A stretch of 64,000 nucleotides of DNA from an uncultured Candidatus Saccharibacteria bacterium (GTDB lineage Bacteria > Patescibacteriota > Minisyncoccia > UBA6257 > 2-01-FULL-56-20). The notes beneath the pieces were generated by a model that was not told the DNA's origin, did not search any database, and saw only the letters and a list, made by a program, of their open reading frames with translations. The stretch covers positions 3,010 through 67,009 of the forward strand of contig CAYHZA010000007.1 of NCBI GenBank assembly GCA_964361095.1, written 5' to 3'. Shown in pieces: positions 38,874-48,662 of this stretch (position 1 is the first letter of the stretch; each line of letters opens with the position of its first letter). A program made the translations under genes and the position numbers.

Positions 38874-39650
38874 ATGGGATCTTCAATCGTGAGCCGTACC
38901 CTGTCGGTGCACAAGGAGCACGAAGTGCTCCTGAAGCTCGAAGCCGCAGGCTTCACCGACGAACTCGCCCAGAGAGTCATCGACTCGAAGGGTAACGACC
39001 TTGCCGCGAAAGTGGTGAGGCTCATCACGAACGGTGGCTTCGAACCGACGACGAGCCAGAAGCGCGCCCGTGAGATCATGGGACGCAACATGTTCGGCGT
39101 CGAGGAAGCGATCACGCACTTCGGGGTTACCCCCTCGAGGCAGCAGATCGCCGGCCTTTCGGAGATCCCGTGGAGCGTTGCGACGCTCGAAAGGGCCAAG
39201 GAAACGCACGTCCTCGTCGCGGTGTTCCCTCTCTCGATCCTCGAGATCCGCGGGAAGGTCGCGACACAGGCCAGCCGCTTGTTCTACGATCAGGACTGGT
39301 ACAACAAGCAGGCCTTCGCCAAGGAGAAGGACGAGACGGAGTGGAAACTCGTTCGCAAGACGCCGGTCGCAAACTCGACCAGCAAGACGTGGCCGGAACA
39401 GCAGGCTCTGCTCGCGACGAACGAGGAGACGCCGACTGCCCGAGTGATGGTCTACACGATCATCGGCCATTTCCTCGCGACGGGCGAACGGCTGTTCAAG
39501 AAGATCTACGTCCGCTGTTCGGATGTGGGTTCGGACGGCTACCGTGTCCGCGTCGGCCACTTCGATTCCGACGGTCTCCACGTCGCCTACCTCTGGGTCG
39601 GCTTCCGCAATGACGACATCGGTGTGTCTGCCGCTCGGAAGTCCGAGTAG
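38874..39650 (+). CDS. Hypothetical protein, probable DGR variable (CLec-like C-terminus) target
   Basis: AGGAGG SD; strongly GC3-biased; C-terminus GYRVRVGHFDSDGLHVAYLWVGFRNDDIGVSAARK built from NNC codons. Confidence 0.65.
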   Translation: MGSSIVSRTLSVHKEHEVLLKLEAAGFTDELAQRVIDSKGNDLAAKVVRLITNGGFEPTTSQKRAREIMGRNMFGVEEAITHFGVTPSRQQIAGLSEIPWSVATLERAKETHVLVAVFPLSILEIRGKVATQASRLFYDQDWYNKQAFAKEKDETEWKLVRKTPVANSTSKTWPEQQALLATNEETPTARVMVYTIIGHFLATGERLFKKIYVRCSDVGSDGYRVRVGHFDSDGLHVAYLWVGFRNDDIGVSAARKSE

Positions 39651-39915
39651 AACCTTGATCCGCCAACTGGCGGACTTGAGGGCTTGACCCTCTTGATCAC
39701 CTTGAGCCTTCGGCGCGAATTTTTTTCGCAGCGCCGGAGGCTCATTTTCTTTTTATAAAATAATTTATTTGTGAATCAATATTGGTTTTGGTTAAACTAA
39801 TGTATAATAGTGCGCATATGTTTACCCCGTTAGATCTTGAAAGTTTTAGCCTTCAGACCAGAGGCGAAAAGAGTTATTCAAGAGAGAAAAATAAAAACCA
39901 CAGAGCATGGATCTA

Positions 39916-41109
39916 ATGGGGTTCGAAATTATTACAAAAGACGGCGAAGCCCGGCTTGGCCGATTGTCTACGCCGCATGGCGTAGTGGAAACTCCCAGTT
40001 ATGTTGTCGTGGGAACTGACGCGCATGTACGCTGTTTAGAACCCGCTGATATTCCCGAGACAAAAACGCAGATGATAATTTCGAACACCTATCATTTGTG
40101 GCGAGATTTAGGAGAAGAAGGTCTCGCAACCTATCCCGGTCTTCACGCGGAAATGGGGTGGGAGGGACCCATAATGACCGATAGCGGGGGATTTCAAGTT
40201 TTTAGCATGGGATATGGGCGAGAGTTTGGGGTTGGAAAGGTAATTCCCAGGGAAGCTCCGAAGTCGATGTTATCAGTCGGCTCTCCGATCGAAGCGTCGG
40301 AGCGCTCTAGGGAAAATCTCGTGCGTGTTACGGATTCGGGTGTTTATTTTATGGAAGGCGGTGAAGAGTTTTATCTTGACCCCGAGCTCTCCATGAGGAT
40401 TCAGGAACAGCTTGGCGCCGATATTATATTCGCCTTCGATGAACCGTCATCGCCCCTTCACGATTATGCGTATACCAAAAAAGCAATGGAGCGAACCCAC
40501 GCGTGGGCTTTGCGCTCGCTCGAAGCGAAAACATCTTCGCAGTTGATATACGGCATTGTCCAAGGCGGGCTCTTCGAAGATTTGCGGCTCGAGAGCGCTC
40601 GTTTTATAAACGCGCTACCATTTGACGGTTTTGCTATCGGAGGGGCCTTCGGGAGTTCGTTCGGTTCGGGGAAAGGAGACACGTTTGAGGCGCTCCGGTG
40701 GGTAACCCCTCTTCTTCCCGAAGGAAAGCCCCGCCATCTCTTGGGCATTGGGAAAATCGAGGATCTTTTTGCTGCCGTTCAACTTGGAATTGACACCTTT
40801 GATTGTGTTATCCCGACGCGAGAGGCCCGACATGGTTCGTTATGGACGGCAAAGGGACGATTTGACGTTGTTCGCGGCCGCCACCAGAACGATAATTCTC
40901 CGCTTGCGGAAGAGTGTGGCTGTTCCGCGTGCGCCGAAGGCGTGCGGAAAGCCGACCTCTACGCGCTCTTTAAAGCAAAAGACCCGCAGGCGGGGCGTTT
41001 TGCTACGATCCACAATGTGTATTTTTTTAACGATTTAATGGAACAGATACGAAATGCGATTCGCGAAGGAAGATTCTTGAATTTCAAAAATTCTTATCTT
41101 TCAAAATAA
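39916..41109 (+). CDS. tgt: tRNA-guanine transglycosylase
   Basis: TPHG..ETP, SNTYHL, TDSGGFQVFS, GIVQGG, DTFDCV.PTR, C.C..C/H zinc site; alternative start 39907. Confidence 0.92.
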   Translation: MGFEIITKDGEARLGRLSTPHGVVETPSYVVVGTDAHVRCLEPADIPETKTQMIISNTYHLWRDLGEEGLATYPGLHAEMGWEGPIMTDSGGFQVFSMGYGREFGVGKVIPREAPKSMLSVGSPIEASERSRENLVRVTDSGVYFMEGGEEFYLDPELSMRIQEQLGADIIFAFDEPSSPLHDYAYTKKAMERTHAWALRSLEAKTSSQLIYGIVQGGLFEDLRLESARFINALPFDGFAIGGAFGSSFGSGKGDTFEALRWVTPLLPEGKPRHLLGIGKIEDLFAAVQLGIDTFDCVIPTREARHGSLWTAKGRFDVVRGRHQNDNSPLAEECGCSACAEGVRKADLYALFKAKDPQAGRFATIHNVYFFNDLMEQIRNAIREGRFLNFKNSYLSK

Positions 41110-41280
41110 TTCGAAATGTTTTGCAGCTCTTTACCCCGTTAAAGATAAGATAATACAATTATCTGTCTTGGGGCATCGATGGTCTCTCAGGGGGTTTACA
41201 AATGTGGTTTTTGTGATAATGTGTATGAAGCAATTTGGGGATGTAGTAAGTAAGGAGCATCTTTTTTGAGGAGGAGTAGG

Positions 41281-41601
41281 ATGGAAAGTAGGGATTTTGA
41301 TCGATTGGCACGAGACGTGGAACGCGGTCATCGATTCGCTTTTCGCCTGAATCCCGATTTGGCTATGGACGACATCGGACTGCTGCTCACGATGCATCAC
41401 CGAGGAGAAATTCGCCTTCGGCGCGATAGCAAAGCGGACCTCGGTCTCGCCGATGTTCACGGCACGTGGACGGGCAAGCGTGAAGGGAAAGGCCACGTGG
41501 CTGTTTTTTTCAAGAAGGGCCGGCGATTTTCTATGGATGCCCTTCTCTCGGTGATCGAGAAGATTCCCGCGATTCAAAAAGTCGTCTCTATAGCCATCTG
41601 A
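41281..41601 (+). CDS. Hypothetical protein
   Basis: GAGGAG SD; own promoter-like TTTACA..GATAAT. Confidence 0.55.
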   Translation: MESRDFDRLARDVERGHRFAFRLNPDLAMDDIGLLLTMHHRGEIRLRRDSKADLGLADVHGTWTGKREGKGHVAVFFKKGRRFSMDALLSVIEKIPAIQKVVSIAI

Positions 41602-41657
41602 CTCTTTTTCGGAAGGATGCAAAGAAAAAGACGCCCAACACTAAGGGCGTCTTCTTT

Positions 41658-42104
41658 TTAATTCAACACGACGATTTCCGTGTAGGTAATTCCGACGCGG
41701 AGCGCTCCTTCTTTTGTCGGCATCCAAACATCTACAAAATTGGTCTTTCGGGGGTGCATCCTATCTTCAACGACGAATATCTTATCTCCAAAGAGTTTCG
41801 GTATTTTTACCCGAGTTTTCATAGGGAGCATGTTCGTGGCGATAATACCGTCACGTACTTTGGTTCCCGAGGCGGTAATAAAAGGGGTATCGTCAGTTTC
41901 TTCGGGAGTGCTCGAATAGGCGGTAACCCAGACGGATTGGGTCTTTTGGGTTTCAAGGGCTATCGTTGTTTCGGGATCGGCAAACATATTGCTGTTTTTT
42001 ACCGCCATAAATTGCACAGGGGTGCTCGTCATCATCATTCCTCCCATGGTGGGCGAACTAAAGCCTGAAATGAAGCTTAAAAGAAGCATAAATTGTGTAA
42101 TCAT
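41658..42104 (-). CDS. 3D-domain protein
   Basis: VTAYSS..ETD..PFITASG, VEDRM, VDVW. Confidence 0.85.
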   Translation of the reverse strand: MITQFMLLLSFISGFSSPTMGGMMMTSTPVQFMAVKNSNMFADPETTIALETQKTQSVWVTAYSSTPEETDDTPFITASGTKVRDGIIATNMLPMKTRVKIPKLFGDKIFVVEDRMHPRKTNFVDVWMPTKEGALRVGITYTEIVVLN

Positions 42105-42280
42105 TAGTTTTGTGTAGGAAATTACTCAATAAAAAACGCCCCTCTCGGGGTATTCTTTATAGGGGTCATTATAGTCCAGGACAGGGAAATAGTCAACCCC
42201 GTTAGAGGCAACGCCTTTAATGGGGTCAAGAAGCCGAGGAAATATGGCAAAAAACCTTTAAAAGCGTACAATAGTAAGAT

Positions 42281-42361
42281 ATGAAAAAAGTTTTACTGCT
42301 CCTTGTGGTTCTGGGGATGATCGCATCCCTCATTTTGCCGCTCTTTGTGGGCGGGTTTTAA
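42281..42361 (+). CDS. 26-aa single-TM peptide
   Basis: MKKVLLLLVVLGMIASLILPLFVGGF; TACAAT about 8 nt upstream. Confidence 0.45.
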   Translation: MKKVLLLLVVLGMIASLILPLFVGGF

Positions 42362-42369
42362 ATACAAAG

Positions 42370-43002
42370 ATGTTTGATTTAGTATCCTTGATCAAGGCCA
42401 TCGGCTATGCCGGTATTTTCGGTATTGTGTTCGCTGAGTCGGGCCTTTTCTTTGGTTTTTTCTTGCCGGGAGATAGTTTACTTTTTACGGCAGGTTTTTT
42501 GGCGTCGCAAGGATTTTTTGATATTACCATACTCGCGTTCACGGCTTTTTTCGCGGCGGTTTTAGGAGACAGTGTTGGGTATGCGTTCGGTTATCGGGTG
42601 GGGCCGAAAATCTTCACGAGGGAGGATTCCTTATTTTTTCACAAAGACCATCTCGAGAGGGCTCGAGTTTTTTACGAGCGTCATGGCGGGAAGACGATCG
42701 TGATCGCGAGGTTCATGCCGTTTGTGCGAACGTTCGCTCCAATTGTCGCGGGTGTCGGAAAAATGCGCTATGGGACATTTCTTTTTTATAATATTTTTGG
42801 AGGAATTATTTGGGGGATTGGTATTACGAGCCTTGGATATTATCTCGGGAATACCATTCCCAATGTCGATCGTTACATTATCCCGATCGTTCTTCTCATT
42901 ATTTTTTCATCGGTTCTTCCCCCGCTTTATCACCTCATGAAAGATAAGCAACAGAGAAAGAGGATCATGGATTATTTCCGTAAAAAAATTTCGAAGGTAT
43001 AA
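42370..43002 (+). CDS. dedA: DedA family membrane protein
   Basis: FAESGLFFGFFLPGDSLLF, ARFMPFVRTFAP. Confidence 0.92.
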   Translation: MFDLVSLIKAIGYAGIFGIVFAESGLFFGFFLPGDSLLFTAGFLASQGFFDITILAFTAFFAAVLGDSVGYAFGYRVGPKIFTREDSLFFHKDHLERARVFYERHGGKTIVIARFMPFVRTFAPIVAGVGKMRYGTFLFYNIFGGIIWGIGITSLGYYLGNTIPNVDRYIIPIVLLIIFSSVLPPLYHLMKDKQQRKRIMDYFRKKISKV

Positions 43003-43031
43003 AAAAATCCCGCTTGAGCGGGATTTTTTTT
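43001..43031. terminator. Bidirectional terminator
   Basis: aaaaaaatcccgct-tg-agcgggattttttt between convergent genes. Confidence 0.8.
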
Positions 43032-43053
43032 AGGCAATCTGGATTTACGAGCG

Positions 43054-44589
43054 TTAGGGAGTGGTCGTGAATGACTGTTGGCTCGAGAGCGCGGTATTGC
43101 CCGAAGCGTCTTGGGACTCGAGAACGAAGAAATACGTACTTAAAGCGGTAAGACCGCTTAATCCCAATGAGTGGCCCGTAACAAGCGTGGCGTTCAATGT
43201 CGTGCTTGCTGTTCCGAGATTCACCGGATTTACGAGTCCGTAATACATTTTGCTCGTCGCGAGTTCATCGGTTGTCCAATTGATCGTTGCCGAAGTGGAA
43301 CTGACGTTTGCGAGCGTGATCCCGCTCATGACCGGAGAAGTTGTATCCGGCAAAGCGGTAGTGGTGAGAGTTTGATCCGTCGATATTCCCATGTTTCCCG
43401 TGGCGTCTTTTGATTTAACGCGGAAGTGGTACGTGGTGCTCGGCATAAGGCCGGTCAGTGCTTGCGAATGGCTTGTCACGAGCGTGATATTCAGCGTTGT
43501 GGCAAGTCCATAGGCGGTTGACGTGCCGTACTCGATTTGCGTATCAGCCGTTTCGTCGGTTATCCAGCTTACGAGAGCCGATGTCGAGCTGGTATTCGTA
43601 ACCGTAATACTCGAGATAACAGGAGCGGTTGTGTCTGAAATATTGCCGGTTGTGAGGGCTTGATTCGTTGATACGGCAAGATTTCCCGCCGCATCCCGCG
43701 ATCTCACTTGGAAGTGATATGTTGTGTTGGACATAAGGCCGGTAAGTGTTTGGGTGTGGTTTGTTACGAGGGCCGAATTCAACACGGTGCTTAATCCGTA
43801 GGCGGTGCTTGTGCCGTAACTTATTGTGGTATCGGCCGCTTCATTCGTAACCCAGCTTACGATTGCTGAAGTTGTCGCAACTTGAGTTGTAATGCTCGAG
43901 ATAACAGGAGCGGTTGTGTCCGGCGTAGTCGTTGCATGATCGATTTTTTTATCGATGCCGGGCGGAAGAATTTGGCAGATCGGCACGATAGGACGCTCGC
44001 CGCCATGTTTACGGAGCCAACCTGGTGCGATGAGATGTCCGGGTGGTACGATGGCGCACGGCCTCCGGTCATTATCATCGTCGTCATCTTTTTCTTTAGA
44101 TTTGCGATTCTTCACACTGCCGTCTTCGTTAAGACGAATTGGTTTTTCAAAAGCGAGCGGATGTCTTTCGCCCTCTTTATTAAGGAGCACGAGTGTTTTG
44201 GGACCGACATTACCGACTGTTTCAAGGCCATTCCGCTTCTGAAAACGGATTACGGCTTTTGCCGTCGCTTTTCCGTAGAAACCGGTAATGAGGCCTTCCG
44301 GATAAAGTTCCGAATCGGCGGCAAGTATCGCCTGAAGGGTTTTCACGGCGTCGCCGCGATCTCCTTGTTTTAAAGTTTTAAGGAAACTTGAAACGGTACT
44401 TTGGCGTTCTACGACTACCTTATTTAATTGCGCTTGTAAGGCTTGAATCTGTTCCGTCAGTTTTTTTATGGTTTCAAGTTGAGTTTGAATGCTTGTGGTT
44501 CCGGCTGTTTGCGCGCCCGTGTTGAACGGCATCGTAAACACTCCGAGAACGAGCATTCCCATTATGAATGCCGGTAAAAATTTTTTCAT
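43054..44589 (-). CDS. Secreted protein with peptidoglycan-binding domain and three FN3-like repeats
   Basis: Signal peptide, LKQGDRGDAVKTLQ..TGFYG..T..AV..FQ, three DTTAPVIS..W.T.E..YG repeats. Confidence 0.85.
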   Translation of the reverse strand: MKKFLPAFIMGMLVLGVFTMPFNTGAQTAGTTSIQTQLETIKKLTEQIQALQAQLNKVVVERQSTVSSFLKTLKQGDRGDAVKTLQAILAADSELYPEGLITGFYGKATAKAVIRFQKRNGLETVGNVGPKTLVLLNKEGERHPLAFEKPIRLNEDGSVKNRKSKEKDDDDDNDRRPCAIVPPGHLIAPGWLRKHGGERPIVPICQILPPGIDKKIDHATTTPDTTAPVISSITTQVATTSAIVSWVTNEAADTTISYGTSTAYGLSTVLNSALVTNHTQTLTGLMSNTTYHFQVRSRDAAGNLAVSTNQALTTGNISDTTAPVISSITVTNTSSTSALVSWITDETADTQIEYGTSTAYGLATTLNITLVTSHSQALTGLMPSTTYHFRVKSKDATGNMGISTDQTLTTTALPDTTSPVMSGITLANVSSTSATINWTTDELATSKMYYGLVNPVNLGTASTTLNATLVTGHSLGLSGLTALSTYFFVLESQDASGNTALSSQQSFTTTP

Positions 44590-44676
44590 ATGTAGTATTT
44601 ATTTTTTGACCTTTTTGTTTTTATCTGTTAATTGTTTGCAGGGTATTAAAGACCCAACCGACCTTTGTCTGTGATA

Positions 44677-44705
44677 TATACGCTATTCACGGGGGTATTG
44701 TTACG
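44677..44705 (-). promoter_or_regulatory. ECF-type promoter for the FN3 surface-protein gene
   Basis: Minus strand reads cGTAAC-N17-CGTATA. Confidence 0.55.
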
Positions 44706-44867
44706 TCACTTTTTCACCCCGCCTCCATAAGGGACCTTTCATAGTATAATGCAAGATATTGAATATAGAAAACTCGGCTTCTGTGGGACCGCTTTCCCCT
44801 CATAGGGTTGACCCCGTTTAGAGACAACGCCTCTAACGGGGTTGACAATTTCCCAAAAAAACAAGAT

Positions 44868-44895
44868 TGTAACATAAGAAATAATTTCGCGTATA
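44868..44895 (+). promoter_or_regulatory. ECF-type autoregulatory promoter
   Basis: tGTAAC-N16-CGTATA ending 4 nt before the sigma factor ATG. Confidence 0.6.
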
Positions 44896-44899
44896 CACT

Positions 44900-45472
44900 A
44901 TGAGTACGTACTTTTCGGAACATAATAGGTTAAATCGGCTCGCAAAGCGCATGCAAAAAGGCGATCGGCGGGCCGCGGAGGCTCTCTATGAGGAGCTTTT
45001 CGGGAAAGTATACGGTTTTTGCTTGAGCCGTGTTCGTCGGCGCCCCTTGGCCGAAGATCTGACGCAAGAGATTTTTTTAAAGCTCGTAAACCGCGTTGAA
45101 ACGTTTGACAGCGCAAAGGGGAGTTTCGCCGTTTGGTTTTGGCAATTGGCGCGTAATACGGTTTTTGACCACTATCGGAAGCAGAAAGAGGTATCTTTTT
45201 CGGACGTGGGCGACGGAGAGGAAAGCGATGTGGAGCATCTTTCGGTACACAATCCTTGGCCCGCGTTTGAAGCTCGTTTTGAAAACGATCGGCTGCGCGC
45301 GTTCCTTGGAGATTTACAAGGGGATGAACAAGAACTTTTCCGTCTCCGTTTCGTCGCTGATTTGTCCTACCGTGAAATTGCCGTTCTTCTTGAAAGATCC
45401 GAGCCGTCGTTGCGAGTCGCGGTAAGTCGTCTCAAGCGGAAGATAAAAGAAAATTTTCAACATGAGATTTAA
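44900..45472 (+). CDS. ECF RNA polymerase sigma factor
   Basis: AEDLTQEIFLK, FAVWFWQLARN..DHYRK, region 4 LSYREIA. Confidence 0.9.
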   Translation: MSTYFSEHNRLNRLAKRMQKGDRRAAEALYEELFGKVYGFCLSRVRRRPLAEDLTQEIFLKLVNRVETFDSAKGSFAVWFWQLARNTVFDHYRKQKEVSFSDVGDGEESDVEHLSVHNPWPAFEARFENDRLRAFLGDLQGDEQELFRLRFVADLSYREIAVLLERSEPSLRVAVSRLKRKIKENFQHEI

Positions 45473-46394
45473 AAAACTTTTAAAACCCCACCCTGATTTT
45501 GCCGCTCGCATGAAAGCGGTTTATTTGGAAACGTTTAAGGAAAAATTTCCCGAAGCGCGCGTGGCTACGCGAGGGGCGTTCATCTATATTTTTCGCGGGG
45601 CGATGGGTGGCGTTGCGCTCATGGTTATCTTAATCGGTACATCGGTATACGCTGACCAGCAGAACGTTGGGCCCTCGAACCCCTTGTATGTTTTTAAGCG
45701 CTCGCAAGAAGCGGTCAATTTGTTTTTTGTGAGCGATGGGGAAAAACCATCCCTTCATCTGAAGCTTGCGGAGCGGCGACTCGAAGAACTTGATGAGGTT
45801 ACGCGCGAAAATCCCAAAAGTTCGAAAGTTTCGGATTTAACAAAAGATTTTCGCGAAGAGATTAAAAATTCCATTACCACATTTACGAAAGATGATCGTC
45901 CCGTCAGTGCTTTGGAACAAAAAGGAGAGCGTGACGCTCGCGATGCTTCCGAAAAGAAAGAAAATATAGAGAAGGAAAAGCAATCGGGAAAAACAGATAG
46001 TGTGAAAGAAAAGCCCCGTGTTGATCTCCTTAAGTCAAAAGATCGGACAATGCTTTCGCCGGCTATTCCGATTCAGGGCAATGTTTCTTCGAGCGGAATT
46101 ATGTTACCTCAACAAAACAATAAAGAGGTGGAGCATGATGGAGATACTAAAGAAGATAGGCGTGACGTGACTTCTACTCCTGTAAAAGGATTTTCGGCGC
46201 CATCTGTTCAATCTTTCAAAACAGAAGGAGAAGCGGAAGATATTACAAAGGAACACAACATTGCGCGTTTCTGTGAGTCATGGGTTCATTTGACCGGAAA
46301 CAATGCGGATGTGATGCGGGAAATTATCGATGAAAATCCTGAATTTTTAGTTACCTTGAAACAAAAGTGTCCGAATATCGGGAATGGTGATTGA
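45462..46394 (+). CDS. Probable anti-sigma factor (single TM, DUF5667-like)
   Basis: Overlaps the sigma gene; TM then GPSNPLYVFKR..E, LAERRLEE. Confidence 0.65.
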   Translation: MRFKKLLKPHPDFAARMKAVYLETFKEKFPEARVATRGAFIYIFRGAMGGVALMVILIGTSVYADQQNVGPSNPLYVFKRSQEAVNLFFVSDGEKPSLHLKLAERRLEELDEVTRENPKSSKVSDLTKDFREEIKNSITTFTKDDRPVSALEQKGERDARDASEKKENIEKEKQSGKTDSVKEKPRVDLLKSKDRTMLSPAIPIQGNVSSSGIMLPQQNNKEVEHDGDTKEDRRDVTSTPVKGFSAPSVQSFKTEGEAEDITKEHNIARFCESWVHLTGNNADVMREIIDENPEFLVTLKQKCPNIGNGD

Positions 46395-46605
46395 AGTAAG
46401 AGTTTCTCCAGGCACGAAGCGTTCTTTGGTTACCAAGGAACTCGACGGCAGTTATCGGGTGCGAGTTGACGTGCGCGCGGAAGGCGGTAAGGCGAATGAT
46501 CGGCTGATTGAATTATTGGCGGAACATTTCGGTGTTTCGAAGAGTTGTGTTGCCATACTTCATGGCGTCAGATCAAAGAGCAAAAAAGTCGAGATTCTGA
46601 TATAA
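46384..46605 (+). CDS. DUF167 (YggU) family protein
   Basis: VRVSPG, GGKAN..LIELLAEHF, HG..SKSK. Confidence 0.85.
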   Translation: MVIEVRVSPGTKRSLVTKELDGSYRVRVDVRAEGGKANDRLIELLAEHFGVSKSCVAILHGVRSKSKKVEILI

Positions 46606-46612
46606 TATCCCT

Positions 46613-46813
46613 ATGGCAATGGATATCGAAAAAGAACTCGCGGAACAGAAAGAGCTTCTTGGGAATATATATAGATCAGTCGAAAAAACGAGGAAGTATT
46701 TTATGTGGACGCTTATTGTTACGGTAGTCGTTTTCGTGCTTCCCTTGATTGGGCTTGTTTTTGTTATTCCTTTTTTTCTGAAATCTTTTTCTGCTTTGTA
46801 TAAAGGTTTTTAA
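46613..46813 (+). CDS. Small membrane protein
   Basis: IYRSVEKTRKYF followed by a TM segment. Confidence 0.7.
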   Translation: MAMDIEKELAEQKELLGNIYRSVEKTRKYFMWTLIVTVVVFVLPLIGLVFVIPFFLKSFSALYKGF

Positions 46814-46833
46814 CGTATAGCATCAATTGTCCT

Positions 46834-48012
46834 ATGTTTATTAAGCTTTCAATTGCGGGAGGTATTATTATTGTACTGGGAATGACCGCGCTCGCGTTTG
46901 GAGGAGCTCTGCCTTTTTCTCGCACGTTATTTCTTGAAGAACAGAAGGAAGCCCGATCGATTCAAGATATTGCGAATCGCGCGCTTGTCGTGCAACGGGA
47001 AGAGCTTTCAATAGAGGAGAGTTCAAAAAACACCACCGCGAAAATTCAGAGCGATGTATCATTAAAAAATAAGAAAGAAATTTGCACCGGCGCCGATCTG
47101 CAAAATTTTGACTGTTACGAAGCATACTATAAAAATCTTGTCCAAAAGAATGGAGTAAAAGAAGCATTTGTCGACTTGCGGAGTCGTTATGGAGAAAGCG
47201 CGTATGTGAAATCCCAGTGTCATCCGATCACGCACGTAATCGGCCGCGTGGCGGCGGAGGAATCGCCTGATGTCGCGTCGGCATACGCCAAGGGGGATAG
47301 TTTTTGTTGGTCGGGATATTATCATGGCGTCATGGAGGGAATTATCGGAAAGATCGGCAGAGAAACTTTAACGGCGCAGATGAACGGAATTTGTAAAGTA
47401 TTGCGTGACAAAGAACCATATATTTTTGATCACTACAACTGCGTGCATGGTTTAGGGCATGGGGTTATGGCAATTACGAATGATGAACTTTTTGACTCTT
47501 TAAAATACTGCGAGAACCTAACCGATTCATGGGAGCGCTCATCGTGCGCTGGAGGGGTCTTTATGGAAAACATTATTATTGACGGGAAGAATCATACGAC
47601 AAAATATCTGAAGCTTTCCGAACCTCTGTATCCTTGTACGGCGGTTTCGGAGGAACATAAAACTTCCTGTTATCTGATGCAGACTTCATATATCCTAAAA
47701 GCTGTTGGGTATAATTTTGGAAAAGTTTTCGAGTGGTGCGGCAAGGCAGATAGTAACTATATTGATATTTGTTATCAAAGCTTGGGTCGGGACGCGTCCG
47801 GGCAGAGTATCAGCAATGTTGAGAAAACCAAAACCACATGTATGTTGGGCAAAGACGAACGACAACAATCCAACTGTGTTATCGGCGCGGTGAAGGATTT
47901 TGTGTCATATTTCCATTCGGACAAACAGGCGAGAGAGTTGTGTGCCGCGCTTCCCGAGAATCTAGAGCCCGTGTGTATATCGACAACAGTGTCATACTAC
48001 GAAATTTTTTAA
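46834..48012 (+). CDS. Exported Cys/His-rich repeat protein
   Basis: CHPITHVIG, CWSGYYHG, CVHGLGHG, CAGGVFME. Confidence 0.75.
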   Translation: MFIKLSIAGGIIIVLGMTALAFGGALPFSRTLFLEEQKEARSIQDIANRALVVQREELSIEESSKNTTAKIQSDVSLKNKKEICTGADLQNFDCYEAYYKNLVQKNGVKEAFVDLRSRYGESAYVKSQCHPITHVIGRVAAEESPDVASAYAKGDSFCWSGYYHGVMEGIIGKIGRETLTAQMNGICKVLRDKEPYIFDHYNCVHGLGHGVMAITNDELFDSLKYCENLTDSWERSSCAGGVFMENIIIDGKNHTTKYLKLSEPLYPCTAVSEEHKTSCYLMQTSYILKAVGYNFGKVFEWCGKADSNYIDICYQSLGRDASGQSISNVEKTKTTCMLGKDERQQSNCVIGAVKDFVSYFHSDKQARELCAALPENLEPVCISTTVSYYEIF

Positions 48013-48084
48013 TTGATTTTTACGTTGCCTGATATTATACTTAGCTTCAGCAACGCCTCACCCGAGACTTCATAAGGAGGAGGT

Positions 48085-48402
48085 ATGTCTCAGAATCTAA
48101 CATTTGGCTCTTTGTCCGCACCTGTTCAACGCGCATTTTCCCTGCTCGCCCGAAAACCGATATTGTTTCCTTGCGTGGCGCTTGTTCCGACAACGCCAGA
48201 TGGATCCTCTCAAGTTGGAACTGGACTCAGGGAATACTACAAGTGGCGCAGTCTTTCTAGGTGGCAGCGTTTTTCCCACTGGAGATACGGGTGGGATGCC
48301 GAGACGTACGACGCGTTCACCAACTGGTGGTCCTCCGGCAGAGTTTGCCCGGATCCCGAACGACAGGCACTCCTCGCGAGCTATCTTTCTCGCGTGGTAT
48401 AG
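48085..48402 (+). CDS. Hypothetical protein
   Basis: AGGAGG SD; downstream hairpin atgggcattt..agatgcccat plus T-tract. Confidence 0.55.
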   Translation: MSQNLTFGSLSAPVQRAFSLLARKPILFPCVALVPTTPDGSSQVGTGLREYYKWRSLSRWQRFSHWRYGWDAETYDAFTNWWSSGRVCPDPERQALLASYLSRVV

Positions 48403-48521
48403 GTCCACCCCCTCATGGGCATTTCTACGGAGATGCCCATTTTTTGACTTTTTTTCTTTCGGAACTTAGACTTGTCGTATAACCTCTTATGTCCTTGGGA
48501 CGAGGGGAGATTGTATTATTT

Positions 48522-48662
48522 ATGTTCAAACTCGTTTCAAAATTCAAGCCAGACGGCGACCCCGCAACAAACCGAGCGTTTTGTTTTGCACGCTTCCGTA
48601 TGGAACGGATACCTACCGCTCGGTTAGTGACGGGGCAAGCCAGCCTACATAACAATGTATAG
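48522..48662 (+). pseudogene. Relic uvrB 5' end interrupted by a palindromic insert
   Basis: MFKLVSKFKPDGD matches UvrB FKLVSKFRPSGD; then aaccgagcg...cgctcggtt stem and a stop. Confidence 0.65.

Noticed and set aside
43300-43925. Direct repeats such as ctcgagataacaggagcggttgtgtc
   Set aside because: They are internal FN3 domain repeats of the surface protein.
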